64,000 nt of DNA, taken from Hydrolagus colliei. Its lineage: Eukaryota. Numbering within the stretch: the stretch's first letter is position 1; every line of letters begins with the position of its first letter. The stretch spans positions 4,774,001 through 4,838,000 of the forward strand of contig CM068756.1 of assembly GCA_035084275.1 (NCBI GenBank), written 5' to 3'. The notes below the pieces were generated by a model that searched no databases, was not told where the DNA came from, and was given only the letters and a program-made list of their open reading frames with translations. Position numbers and translations under genes: made by a program. Below are positions 34,539 through 46,705 of the stretch, in pieces.

Positions 34539-34827
34539 AATAATAATCATTGCATTTGATGTAGCACTTTTCATGTCTTCCAGACAGAATATACTATAAA
34601 ATGAATTGATTGTATACTTGTGGGCGAAATGCGACAGCCAAATGCGTACAGCGGTGTCCCACAAACAGTCGTGGATTGAAATGGCCAATTTATTGTTGTT
34701 TTTTTCGAGGGATTATTATCAGGCCTGTGGAGTAAGGAAACTTGCCCAAGGTTTTGCCCTGCCTGAATCGAACCCAGGTCTCTCGCTTGCAAGGCGGGTG
34801 CTCTAACCACTGAGCTGCAGGACTCCA
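34539..34827 (-). mobile_element. Full-length tRNA-headed SINE
   Basis: Head TGGAGTCCTGCAGCTCAGTGGTTAGAGCACCCGCCTTGCAAGCGAGAGACCTGGGTTCGATTCAGG; colinear with the 17111 copy. Confidence 0.92.
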
Positions 34828-35483
34828 TAATGATAAATCCTCCACACGTGCAAATTGAGTACTGGTAATATCAACCCAGATAAAACAAATAATTATTAAT
34901 TTCATGGCATCTCGGCAATATGATACAGCACTGTATTAAATGAAAGAATTTTTACAAAATACACTTGTGTGACTAAAATGGGAAATTCAGATCTTATATT
35001 TAAATATTCATTAAAGCCGATATAATCTCACATTCTATCTTTTTGTATGTTGCTTTCAAACTCAATACTTCAATCCATCTTTCTTGCATCAATGGTACAG
35101 TTTCTATCAACTTTCAATGCTGCCACTGGCATTTGGTGAACAATTTCCCATGCGTGTATAATCTCCAATGCAATTGAAACCAAGTCCTTGCTGCATCCAA
35201 GACATTGGGTATTTCTGTCAAGCGTCTTGAATGACAACATTAATCGGTCGGCCAAAAACATTTATTTCATATTTTTTAAATAGAGATTATCTTAATTTTG
35301 AAACAAAAATGCTAATGAAGGTTCATGTAATTACAGTTGATTATGTTGCTTTAAAATGCTACATTGCTTACAACCACAGCAAAAACAAACCACATGGCAA
35401 CAGATTTCTGATTCCAAGCCAAAGGGCAACATCCATGCTGGAGGGCATGTAAAAAAGACTAAAAAAACATAAAAACATAAAAA

Positions 35484-35525
35484 ATTCGTCACATATCACC
35501 AATTATCCCTCATGCAAGGGATAAT
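35484..35525 (+). repeat. 35-bp duplication copy 2, ending in a 9-bp fold-back hairpin
   Basis: Identical to 34029-34063; attatccct (35502-35510) and agggataat (35517-35525) are inverted. Confidence 0.9.
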
Positions 35526-38476
35526 AAAAAAAAACTTCTCCCTCAAGTCATTGTTTCCAGCCACACCTGCTCACTTACTTCTCCTTGAGGCTTCTTCAGA
35601 TACCTGCTACAGCATGCACTCTATCAGCAACTCAAGACACGCAAAGCCAAGGGAAAAAAAGAACAGGCAATATAGTTAAGAAGTGACCTTACCCCATGTA
35701 CTGCCTCCAAGGCAATTTCAGGATCCAGTGTTTGCCAGATTTTGTTGAAGATATATTTTGTGTCCAAATTAATGAAATATTAATTTTCCATTCCACCTTA
35801 ACACACTGTATCCATTTGCCCGAGAGGATACTGGATTTTCAGAAGATACTGCACACTGCACCTAATTAAAGTCTTAATTATAGCTTAACTGCAAGCAAAT
35901 GAAGGATGTCGTTTTTTAAATAAACTCCAGCAGCTAAATGCTATACTGCAGGATTTATTCATAGGTTTGAGCAGAAATATATTGTAATCCATCTTTAACC
36001 CACTCCTTCCCTATGTTTGCTTGCTAGCACTCAAAATGTTTCAGGTCTGTCAGCTTTCAAAGCATTCTCAATTCTGTAAATATTTGATGATTAACATGAG
36101 GCAAAGCTGAATTACTGACTCACTGTAATTCACTGTTGTACTTGTATGTGATGTTTGAACTGATCTTTTTGGTTTGAGTACAAAAATGTATGTGTTGCAA
36201 AATTGTGAAAGACTAACCTTGTGTAAAATTCTAAAAGTTCTTTCGATTACACATTACCATAAATTCTCAATACCTGCAGACATATCAGATTTTATCTGAG
36301 AAATGTGAAAGAATTGATTTATCCCTGTGACCATAGTAGTTTTAAATTACATATCTATGTTAATTAGCCACAACAGTTACCTCTCTGTATCAGGTTTAAA
36401 ATTAAATGTTCAAATTGGTTTGGGAAGGTCTCAATCAACTAATGTATGCAGCCGAAGTAAAATATTACTGTAGCAAAACACCTATGTACATTAGTAGTAT
36501 TACCGCAAAAATGAAAGTTGCATTTTGTGTTGCATTTTATGGCATAACCATAGATATATGAAAAGAGAGAGGGGAGCCTGGAATAGGAAATAGAATATGT
36601 AAGGAGGGACCTCACAATGGATATCTATCCATTGGCCAGGTCATAATCTCTAAGCATCAATCAATTATCCCTTAAAAACATTTCACTTTTCCAAGAGGTT
36701 GCAACAAAAGTGCTAACTACCTAACAGTCAAGGAGCTGATGACCAGCTCTTTAATGATGGTCTTGAAGGATTTGGATCAAAAGTAGCCAGAACCACAAAT
36801 TAATGAATCAGAGCATTCATATCACAATATTCTGCAGGCTTTTTTTTCATTAGACAATCGAACTTGACATTTAGATATTCCTCGTCCTATGACAATCAAT
36901 GTGCTGAGAGGCACAGTTTGAATTGAAAGGAAAATGAGGCCCAAAATAATCAGTCAATAAATCTTCTGGGCAATTTTTACTGAGACATTGAATGAGGAGT
37001 CAATGTTGATTAAAATGATTCAATTCAACTCCCTCAGTGTCTGCTGTCTCTTCCATTTATGTAGCTGGATATCAAACCGGTGCTGGAGCAAAATGGTACA
37101 CAGTGGTTTCAGAGCAAGCAAGTTCACAATCTGTACATTCCATTATGGATCGTGAAACTTTCATTATCATAAAGGGGAGTTAAAAAAAATTACATTTGCA
37201 GAAGGAATTAATTTAATACCCTTATTCAAACTCCCTCTTTTGATGGAAAAATTGAACCTGTTTCTACTAGCCTTGTTCCCCTGCAATTGATGTTTCTCAA
37301 TATGCTTCAATAAATGCTTGATTCACTTTCACAAAAATCTCACTGTTTGAAAAATGTGCCGTGGTTGGCAGCTCCTCACTGAGATGCAAACAGAATTTGA
37401 TCTGTTGTTACAACAGTACTGGGCAAACAGCAAGCACAGACCCAAACCACATGTTGTTGAACTGATTGAATTACAGTCAGAGACTCATGCCACGGTACAC
37501 CCCAAAGGCAGAAGATCAGTGGGAATACAAATCAGTCAATATACTGTACCAGGCTGATCGGAATCGGACAATTCCTCTGGCAGTGGTATTTGGAGTGAAC
37601 TCTCTTGGTGGTTGGAAAGAAACAATAATTCTGGTCTTTTCCTGAGGAGAGGTAGGACTTGATAACGCACAGAAAGTCTGAGTAAAGGCACAACACTTCA
37701 CATTAAAATGTTGCTCAACAGACACAAAAAGGCAGCATCGACAATGACAACAGAACACATTTGTATATCACCTTTCGCATCGGGAGGAGGTTCTAAAACA
37801 TCACAGGGGAAATGCAAAGAAACTGATGAAATTGAGCCAAATCTGGAGTGAAACTGCTACCAGTGGAGGGGCTTCCGAACCTCTGATCATTTCCGTTTAA
37901 CTCAACAGGAATATATGCAAAAGATCCAGTTATGGGGCAATTTCCAAATGTAGGTGGACTGAATATGCAGAATTCTCAATCTAGTTTAGCTATTGTTAAG
38001 TGCGGTGATGGGTTTCGGCATGTGTCAGCCATCCGACTGACTAAACAAATTGTCTCAGTTGTCAGCATAGCTTGGTTGGTAGCTCCCTTGCATCGAAGTG
38101 TTAAGGTGTCAAATTAAATGCAAGTGTTCTTAGATCTACTGTTTTCCCTTCCTCTCCATGCTCAGTGGTGGCAGCAGCAGGCATGCCTCATTTACTGGGT
38201 AAAGTTCAACTCAGGACAATATGCAACATGCAATTCATTCTTCATCTGTATGACTATCATTTCTTAAAAGTGCTCAAAATCAAAAAGCCTCAAATCCCCA
38301 CTTACTATTTTCATCCAACATCGAGTAGAAAACATTCTCAAACCAGTTAACATAATCAGACTCTACTTGAGATCTAAATTTCTGTAGATTGGCTGGAAAT
38401 GACCAGTTGTTGAAAGTATTTGTGCTTCAGTTCATTGTTCGCTCAGAATGCAATGATGTTAAACACTAGTTTGAGT

Positions 38477-38665
38477 TATAATCCCTCAAGAAAGAAAAAC
38501 AATAATAAATTGTTCATTTCAATCCACGACTGTTTATGGGACACTGTTGTGCGCAATTGGCTGCTGCGTTTTGCCCACATATATACGGTCAATTTACTTT
38601 ATAGAATATTCTGTGAAGCGCTTTGAGACATTTAGACGTGTATATCAAATGCAAGGATTATTTTT
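38477..38665 (+). mobile_element. SINE body and tail (head missing)
   Basis: ataatccctcaag...ttcaatccacgactgtttatgggacactgttgtgcgcaattggctgctgcg...atcaaatgcaaggattatt. Confidence 0.88.
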
Positions 38666-40023
38666 ATAACTGTATATATCTTTCCTTATTCATTTTTCAA
38701 GGATATTTTCACTTCTATTGTTAGTTCCAGGTCTTTCTCCATTCCAGTTCTACAAACAACAACAACTTGCATTTATATCTCATTAAACCTGAGAGTTTAG
38801 AACAAGTCAGAGACTCTAGTGACTGCTCCTTGTAAAAGAACATTCCAAATCTTTGTTCTGTATTTTTTCATCCAATGTTAAAGGCAAGATCAAGAAGTAC
38901 TGTATCATGCTATGGAAAAGCACAGATGTGCATCTCCACTGTAGAACTGTATTGGACTTTTACGAATGAAGTGCCTGGATCAAAGGGAGAAGATTTAATA
39001 TGTTAGAATTGTATGTCTGGCTTAGGTATGCATGTATCAATGTACAGTTCTGCTGTATTGCAGTAAATTTTCTGGTTTATAGTCTCTTATTGAAAACATA
39101 CAGAAATGGTTCAGTAGAATACCAATACATTCTCTACCCCATGATGAAATTCCCATAATTTGCTGTTTGCCAATAGCCAAATGTAATTTGTTCGTAAAAA
39201 TTCTGTTGTGCCTGATGGGAATTTTGAACAGAATACTCTTGAGGTGTCCCCCTCCCCTCCCTTCCCCTCCACACTCACACTCACACTAAAACACACATGG
39301 TTCTGCAGCCCCAACAGTAAATCATGCCTTTCAGACTTGTTCAGGCAGAACGCTCTCTGCTTGCCAATTGTCAACCCGCAACTACTCCCAGTTTAACTCT
39401 TTCACATAGACAGTGACCAGAAATGTTGCGAGATCCCCTTAAATAGGGGGAAAGAAAGCACTAAAGGTGCAAAAGGTCAAACGTACTATTAATGTTGAAA
39501 ACATTGTGAAAGGTAAATAGCCAGGGGAGTTGCAGACATCAATTACCTGCCCACATAGCAGAGGAGACAAAAAAGCCCTTTTAACAATTATGTCTATGTC
39601 CTAATTTGACATTCCTGAAAAACATATTTGCAATGGAAAGGTGTGGGTTCAAGAACTGCAAGGTTGAGTAATGACCAACTGCTCAGTCAGGTGCAGAGAC
39701 ATCAAGAGTAGCGCTCACTGGCAGTAATAAAACCAATTCAACATTGGTTCCATTTTCATACTGCTAATTAAAAATAAAATCTCAACTCCTCAGGTGAAAT
39801 CCTGCTGTCCTGAACAGGGTAACTGAGAACAAATTGCCTTGTCAATTGTGTCCTGCCCTCCTCTTATTGCTTTTCTAGCCTAACGTTGCCAGCTTAGAAT
39901 TGGGTTACTTGAGTATTTCAGTTCAACAGTTCTAGCTGATAGTGAAAGGCAGATCAAGTGGTGGGAAGGCTCAAACTGCTGGGCTTTGCAATAAGTAACA
40001 TCAGTAAGTCTGAGCTCACTGTT

Positions 40024-40350
40024 AATAATCCTTGGATTTGATACAATGCCTCAAACATCTCAAAGCACCTTACAAAGTTTCTGTAAAGTGCAATGACTGT
40101 GTATTTATAGGGGAATCCAACAGCCAACATGCATACAACAATGTTCCACAACTAAGTTATGCAGCATTGACCAATTGTTTCTTGGGTATTGCTGGCCAGG
40201 ACGCCGGAAGAAACTCCTTTCTCTTTTTGAATAGCACCATAAAATCTTTAACACCCACATGAACAGGCAGACTCAAGCACTCAGTTTAATGATTCTTCTA
40301 AATACAACCTTCCTCCATTAACGCACTGGATTGTTAGCCTAAATGTGAGC
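40024..40350 (-). mobile_element. DeuSINE relic
   Basis: Reverse-complement match to 9130-9417 (ggccaggacgccggaagaaactcc...gaatagcaccataaaatctttaacacccacatgaacaggcagac). Confidence 0.75.
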
Positions 40351-41122
40351 TCTGAATATTCAGTTTACAAGTAAAGGCACTCTGCTGATCAAAATGTACA
40401 ATATTTGATGTGACTTTACTTCATGTTTGTCGCGAATTAATCTTTCAGCTTGGACATTACCTCACGTGGTTCATGAACAGAGATTTCCGATGTATATTTA
40501 AAACATCAATAAATTTATGATTAAGAGAAGGGCTTTTCCATGGTCGTGCAGGTGCTGTGTTATACAAATCACATACAAGATGAAGTCATCCAAGAATTTC
40601 AAATGGAATGCTTCTGAAGCATTTCACTGTCTTTAGTTAACCTGGGGCTAAGATCATTTCATTTGCTATAATTTGCTGAAAAGATGCAACAGGGAGAGTG
40701 TTCTGCATTCAGAATCATCTCCAATTTATACTAGAATGTTGGCGGGAAATACAAAGTCCTTTTTTTGGACAGTTGTTTGTTGTTTATATCTCCTTACACC
40801 ATCATAACAATAATTTACGCAACACCCATCCTGTAGGGAACACTGAATCCCTACAAATCACCTCATTAGTAGCATAAACGCATGTAATATCATCATATAT
40901 GCAACACTTTGGCAGAGAAAGTCTCTCAAGTATTGAACCATAATGCACCTCAGAGAATCGCAAACAGTTGTGTTCCATTTGGTTGCCTTGTTATGAAGCG
41001 ATGTATTGCTCGATTATTCTGAAAAGTTGCAGTGGTAAACTGAAGAGCGAGTAATTGATTAGACAGCAATTCTTGCTCATGTTGGCTAAGATGCTGTTGT
41101 CCCCTAATGATAGCAACATTTT

Positions 41123-41175
41123 AGCGCCTTGAGACGTCCTCCCAATTGAAAGGTACTCTACAATATATAATAATT
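41123..41175 (+). mobile_element. L2 terminal stem-loop only
   Basis: agcgccttgagacgtcctcccaattgaaaggtactcta. Confidence 0.65.
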
Positions 41176-41211
41176 AATATTATCATTATTTTCTCCCCAA
41201 TCATTGATTTG

Positions 41212-41342
41212 TGGAGTCCTATAGCTCAGTGCTCAGAGCACTCGCCCTACAAGCAAGAAACCCGGGTTCAATTCCCCGCAGGTCCGGGCGAAACCTTGGG
41301 CAAGTTTCCTCACTCCACACGTATGGTAATAATCCCTCAATA
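41212..41342 (+). mobile_element. tRNA-headed SINE, head and 5' body only (3' truncated)
   Basis: tggagtcctatagctcagtgctcagagcactcgccctacaagcaagaaacccgggttcaattcc...gaaaccttgggcaagtttcc. Confidence 0.9.
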
Positions 41343-41617
41343 ACAACAATCATTTTACACCCAATTTGGACAGTTTGTCTATCTGTGAACAACACATGGC
41401 ACTCAATGTCCAGAGTTGGAGTCGTGAGCAGCTCAACATTCACAGGTTTTTCAATCTACAGGAGATTGTTAGAGAATTAAATGCTCCAAATGAAACTCTT
41501 GAATCTCGCTGTAATGCTTCCCTTTGGTTAAGTCTGACCTACCCAGTTTCTACAGCAGCTATGTATCCACAGTGTGTGTTTCCCAATATAGGACATTGTC
41601 TGTCTGCCTGCGGTGTC

Positions 41618-41641
41618 ACCAGACCGCTCCTGCGGTCTGGT
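41618..41641. repeat. Perfect 10-bp inverted repeat with 4-nt loop
   Basis: accagaccgc-tcct-gcggtctggt. Confidence 0.85.
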
Positions 41642-44600
41642 CTCAGTGGCAATCTCATCTGTTGTGTCTATTTTCTTGGGAGGAGAGAGTATTTTTTCGG
41701 AGGCTAACTAGCTATCTGCGGTGTTTGTGGTTGAGCTCGGTTCGTTTCTGCCACAGTCCCTCAAAACTGCTCAAATTATCGTTTCAGGTTTAAAATGAAT
41801 TGAGTGGGGGGAGGTGTGGCTGTCCCTGTAGCATGTGGGAAGGAGGTTGGCACAAACGTGGAAGAGACACAATGCTGGAAATAGAAGGCAACACTATCAC
41901 TAAAGGCAATCATATTAACTTGGGCGACTTTCTCAGGTGAGCAGGCAGCAGACAAACAACTGAGAACTAACAGCACCCTGAATTCTTCTCATCAGGACAC
42001 ATTCCAAAACAAGTGCTGAATTTTATGGCTTTGGGTAAATTACCCATGAAGTCACTCAGCTTCCTACAGTGCAGATATAATAATCTTGGCTAAACTCTCC
42101 TTATTTTATTCTTCTGATATAACTGAATAATGAAGCACAGATTTGCAGAGAGCAGAGAAAGAACAGAGGGTGGGTGAGAGGAGGGAAGATGAAACTCCAG
42201 GCTGGATCTGTTGAAATTAGGCTTCCTTCAAAATCTATTTTCTATTTTGTTGTGGTTCCCTCTTGCTTTCTCTGCTATAAACAAGGCTCAGCACCAAATA
42301 AGGAACTGTGCAGTGTACAGCCAGCTGGCAGCTCACAACAAACGCACAGGACTTTTTCAGAAAAGATGTACATTAAAACACTTTTTTTTAATGTAAGCCC
42401 AAGTCCGAGACGTCATGAAGAGTTCTATATAAATGTAATTGTTAAAGTTGTTGTTGTTGCTGCACATGTGGAAACTACATGCAATCAGAACCCAAATGGA
42501 CATCATGCTCCAGTAGCCAAATGGAAAGCCTTTATCTGCACTTCTCTTGCGAAAAAACCTAGATGAAAGGAGAGAGAGTGTGCGCACCTCAACAACCAGT
42601 TCTGTATGTGATACTGAATCTACGTATATTCTTTCACATACTGGAAAATGTGAGCAATTGCTTTAGTCTGGAGGAGGTCAAGCATCCACAGAGTTCGGAG
42701 ATGATTACATTTCTACCTCTCACAGAGGAGACAACAATCTCGGTTTGTCCACGAGTAAAACAGAAATTTCATCACTATATTAAACAGGAAGACTGACAAG
42801 ATGGCACCATTATGACCACCACGAAAGTCTCTGGTACATGAGACTGAAGTAGCAACCAGACACAGGGAAATTTCCATGTGAGAGGTGAAACGTTCAATCT
42901 GGTTGGATGCTCTTAACCATGTTGATAGATTTCCACATACTTCAGATGCGAACTGGGCTGACAATTGTACAGGAAAGTTATCATAAGAAACTTCAACAAA
43001 ACAATTGGGATTCAAGTACAGTATAAGCAATGCACCATGATGACTTCTTCAAGCGATGATGACATGTTTGCTACCATTAAAAACTCTGCACTCACATAGT
43101 TCGAGGTTGTCATGAGCTGTAGTCCAATGAGATACCACTCAGACTAGCTCAACCAGATGGTTACTACTCATAACCATATGCGTGCTAGAAGATATAGCTG
43201 GGAGAAATGGTCAAGTAGGCAGACTCACTGCTGAGACGACAGACACATCAGGTCTCCTTCTGAGCCTTACTTAACTGGATCAACTGTACTGTGAGTCAAA
43301 TACTTTACCTAGGATTGTAAAGCTAAAATGCAGGTAACATGAGTGCAGCTAAGAGCACCACTGTGACCAAAATTCCTTTCAACATAGAGCCTGATGCTGT
43401 GCAGGACTGATAATTCCACTTCACCCTAAAGCATCAAGAAGAATCAATCACAAGAAAAATAATGAAAGCGCACACGCGCCTGAGAAAAAAATAACACAGT
43501 ATGTTTTTTCTTTGCGATGTTGATATAAAAAAAACTTTCATGCTGAATGCTTCTGTCATATGGTTTAAATAGAAAGATAGCAGAATGCTTTCAATTCAAG
43601 CATTTACTGAAAGGAGAGCACGCATTCAGACACATGCTGGATTATGCTTCATCTGCCCAGAAGATGTTTGAGGAATGACACGAATCTCTCTTAAAAAAAT
43701 ATTAAGCAAAGACTGTACGTGGATGCACAAAGAATAAAATTTACACCCCACTTGAATGTCACAAAGAGCAATTAAAACTAACAAATGTCTCCACTTAAGT
43801 GTAAGGTTAATCCCCAAATGGGCGCATTAAATGAGAAGCAAGTTTCTCAGCATTATGATGTATGTTTGTTAGTCAAACAGTCCTTGATATTTCTGGGCAG
43901 AACAGGGCACTCTGACTGCAAAATTCCTCTCCCATTTCTGCAAAAGCATCATCACCTGAAAAGAAGAGATATATTTATCTAACGTTGTAAATTTACCGCT
44001 TGCCTTTTCCTATCAAACTAGAAAAAAAGAGTTCTCTCAAAAAATATTGTATACATTCACAAGACAGCTAGTCCTCTGGTTCAAAGTGCCTGGAAGAGAT
44101 CATTCAGATAGAATTCTACAGCACTGCATCAAAAACCTGTAAAGTTAACCACATAAGTTATGATCTTTGTGTGTGACATGGATGACCAATGCCTTCAGAG
44201 ATACTGCTTTCCAACAGCAGAACCGGCTTTGACCCCGGTGAGATTTCATACATTTCAATAGCCGGGCGGCCATTGCTCTGAAGACCCTGGGGAAAGCAAT
44301 TTGTGGTATGAAAACATACACCTACTGTTGCTGCTGTTCTGATAGGGTTAGAAAAGCAAGCTTGCAATTGGATATGGTGGATTGGCTGATGTCTGCAACA
44401 TGACCTTAGGTTCCTCAGAATAAGTAATAGGAGTAACTTTATAGCACTAACACGGTTGGGGTAGCTGCAGAATGAGCCCTCTCAACGATCGAGGTCAAAG
44501 AAGACTTTACTCACAAGAATTTCCAGATCACATCAGATTATTAATTGGACTGATACACCAGTCAGCATCTCCTTAAGTGCCTCTGAATTGTCACTGTGTC

Positions 44601-44793
44601 AAGCAGTACTTCTGCATAAAGTCAACTTGAGATACATTTAAAGTATTTTATCAGGTGATTCAAGTGTTTTGAGAATTATGTGTTTGTATCAATCACCAAT
44701 CATATTAACAAGCATAGGCCTATCCTTGCATAAAAAAACATTCTGCTGAATCCATCAGGTAAGTTATTTATTTCTCTAGCATTAATCTGACAG

Positions 44794-46309
44794 ATCTGAA
44801 ACAAAAACAGAAGTAGCCGAGAACACTCGGGCAGCATCTATAGAGAAAGGAAAAGTGAGACAATGTTTCAGGTCCACGACCCTTTGTCAGAACTGGAGCA
44901 TGTTGGAAGAGAGAGGCTTTTAAGGATTAACAGAAAGTGGGAAGGCAAGGCAAGGAAGACAAAGGAAGTGAAATACCTGTGCTGGCATGGGAGGGTGCCG
45001 AGGGAAGGGAAGCGACTGTTAGTGTTGATGGAGGAGTGAACCAGTGAGTCACTGAGGGAACAGTCCCTTTGGAATGCGGGGAGGGGAGGGAAACATATGC
45101 TTTGTGGTGGGGTCAGGCTGGAGATGATGGAAATGGCAGAGAATTATCCTTTGGATATTGATGCTGGTTGGGTGGAAGGTGAGGACTAGGGATCCTATCA
45201 AAGTTCGGGAAGAGGGGGAAGAGGTGAGGGCAATGTAGCGGACACAGTCCAGAGCACCATCTACCACAGCAGATGGGAACCCTCGGTCGAGGAAAAAAGA
45301 AGACATTTGAGATGCTCTGACGTGAAAGTTGGCATCGTCAGAGCAGATGCGACGGAGGCACTGGGAAAAGGGAACGGCATCTTTACAAGAGGCAGGGTAG
45401 AAGACGGTGTAGTCCAAATAGCTATGGAAGTTGGTTGGCTTGTAAAATACATCTGTTATAATCCATGACTCGAGATGCAAATGGTGAAGTCGAGGAAGGG
45501 AAGGGAAGAGTCGGAGATGGTCTATGTGAATTTTATGGAGGGGTGGAAGGTGGAAGCGAAATTGATGAATTGTTCCAACTGACTGCGAGAGTGCGAGGCA
45601 GCCCCAACACAGTCATCAATGTACCTGAGGAACAGGTCAGGGAGCGAACCTGAAGAGGCCTGGAACAAAGAGGCTTGGACAACAAACAGGCAGGCATAAC
45701 TGGGATGCATGCAGGTTCCCATAGCGACACCTTTTATTTGGAGAAAATGGTTGGAGTTGAAGGTGAAGTTGTTCAATGTCAGAACAAGTTCAGTCAGGCG
45801 GAGGATGGTGGTGGATGGAGCCTGGCTGTGCTGCTGTTCTAGGTGGAACCGGAGAGCCTGCAGGCTGTCCTTGTCGGGGATGGAGGTGCGCAGAAACTGA
45901 ATGTCCATTAGGAATACGAGGCGTTAGGACCAGGGAACAGGAAGTTGTTGATGTGGCGGAGAGCGTCGGAAGAGTCACGGATATAGGTTGGTAGGGTTTG
46001 GACAAGAGGAGCAAGAATGGAGACCAGGTATGAGGAGATCAATTCTGTGGGGCAGGAACAGACTGAGACAATAGGTCTCCCAAGACATTCCTATTTGTTG
46101 ATCTTGGGGAGGAGGTACAGGCAGGCAGTGCGGGGCTGGGAGACTATGAGGCTGGAGGATTGGGAGGAAGCTCGCCAGAGGAGTTGAGGTTATTGACTTT
46201 TCTGGTGAAGATAGCTTGGTGTTGTGATGTGGGGTCATGGTCCTGGGGAAGGTAGGAGGAGGTGTCGGAGAGTTCAGCCTCTGCCAGGTAGAGGTCCTTA
46301 CGCCAAACG
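44794..46309 (-). mobile_element. Decayed Penelope-like retroelement (RT and thumb; 5' truncated; GIY-YIG absent)
   Basis: Frameshifted translation: VWRKDLYLAEAE..LSDTSSY, PKINK*..GRPIVS..CPTELISSYL..LVQTLPTYIRDS, LVLTLNNFTF...GVAMGT...PSYACLF, FLRYIDD, FYKPTNFHSYLDY, LRRICS, AFQRDCSLSDSLVHS, GTLPCQHR, all PLE RT hallmarks. Confidence 0.93.
44857..44894 (-). ncRNA. Degenerate minimal hammerhead ribozyme motif in the PLE 3' terminal region
   Basis: Minus strand AGTT-CTGACAA-A-GGGTC gtg GACCT-GAAA-CATT-GTCT; differs from CUGACGA...GAAACGUU by CpG-type changes; PLE termini are known to carry such motifs. Confidence 0.55.
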
Positions 46310-46333
46310 TCCTGGCGTTTGGCGTAAGGACCT
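46292..46333. repeat. Perfect 18-bp fold-back hairpin at the PLE 5' truncation point
   Basis: aggtccttacgccaaacg-tcctgg-cgtttggcgtaaggacct. Confidence 0.95.
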
Positions 46334-46335
46334 TT

Positions 46336-46408
46336 AGAATATATTCTGTAAAGTGCTTTGAGATGTCTGATAAAACACTATATCAAATGCAAGGATGATT
46401 ATTATTAT
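46336..46408 (+). mobile_element. SINE 3' tail fragment
   Basis: atatattctgtaaagtgctttgagatgtc...atcaaatgcaaggatgattattattatt. Confidence 0.8.
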
Positions 46409-46429
46409 TCAAATACCGCATCTAACATC

Positions 46430-46705
46430 CTAATAGTCACAAAAAAATCAAATAGGGAAGTTGGAAGAAAATTTTTACGCAGAGAGTAGTAGGAATGTGG
46501 AACTTGCTACCACAAAGGTATATTGAGGCAAATAGCATAAATGTATTTAAGGGGAAGCTAGATATGTGGAGTACATGGGGGAAAAAGGAAGGGAAGAAGG
46601 TAATGCTTGTAGACTTAGTTGAGGAGGGGTAGCAGGAGGCTCATGTGGAGCATAAATGCTGGCATAAACCAGTCGGACCAAATGGCCCGTTCCTGTGCTG
46701 TATAC
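46430..46705 (+). mobile_element. CR1 LINE 3' end
   Basis: tttacgcagagagtagtaggaatgtggaacttgctacca reads FTQRVVGMWNLLP; ends ccaaatggcccgttcctgtgctgta. Confidence 0.88.

Noticed and set aside
35693-35861. Minus-strand donor GGG|gtaagg with an upstream ttaattag acceptor
   Set aside because: Poor pyrimidine tract and all frames closed.
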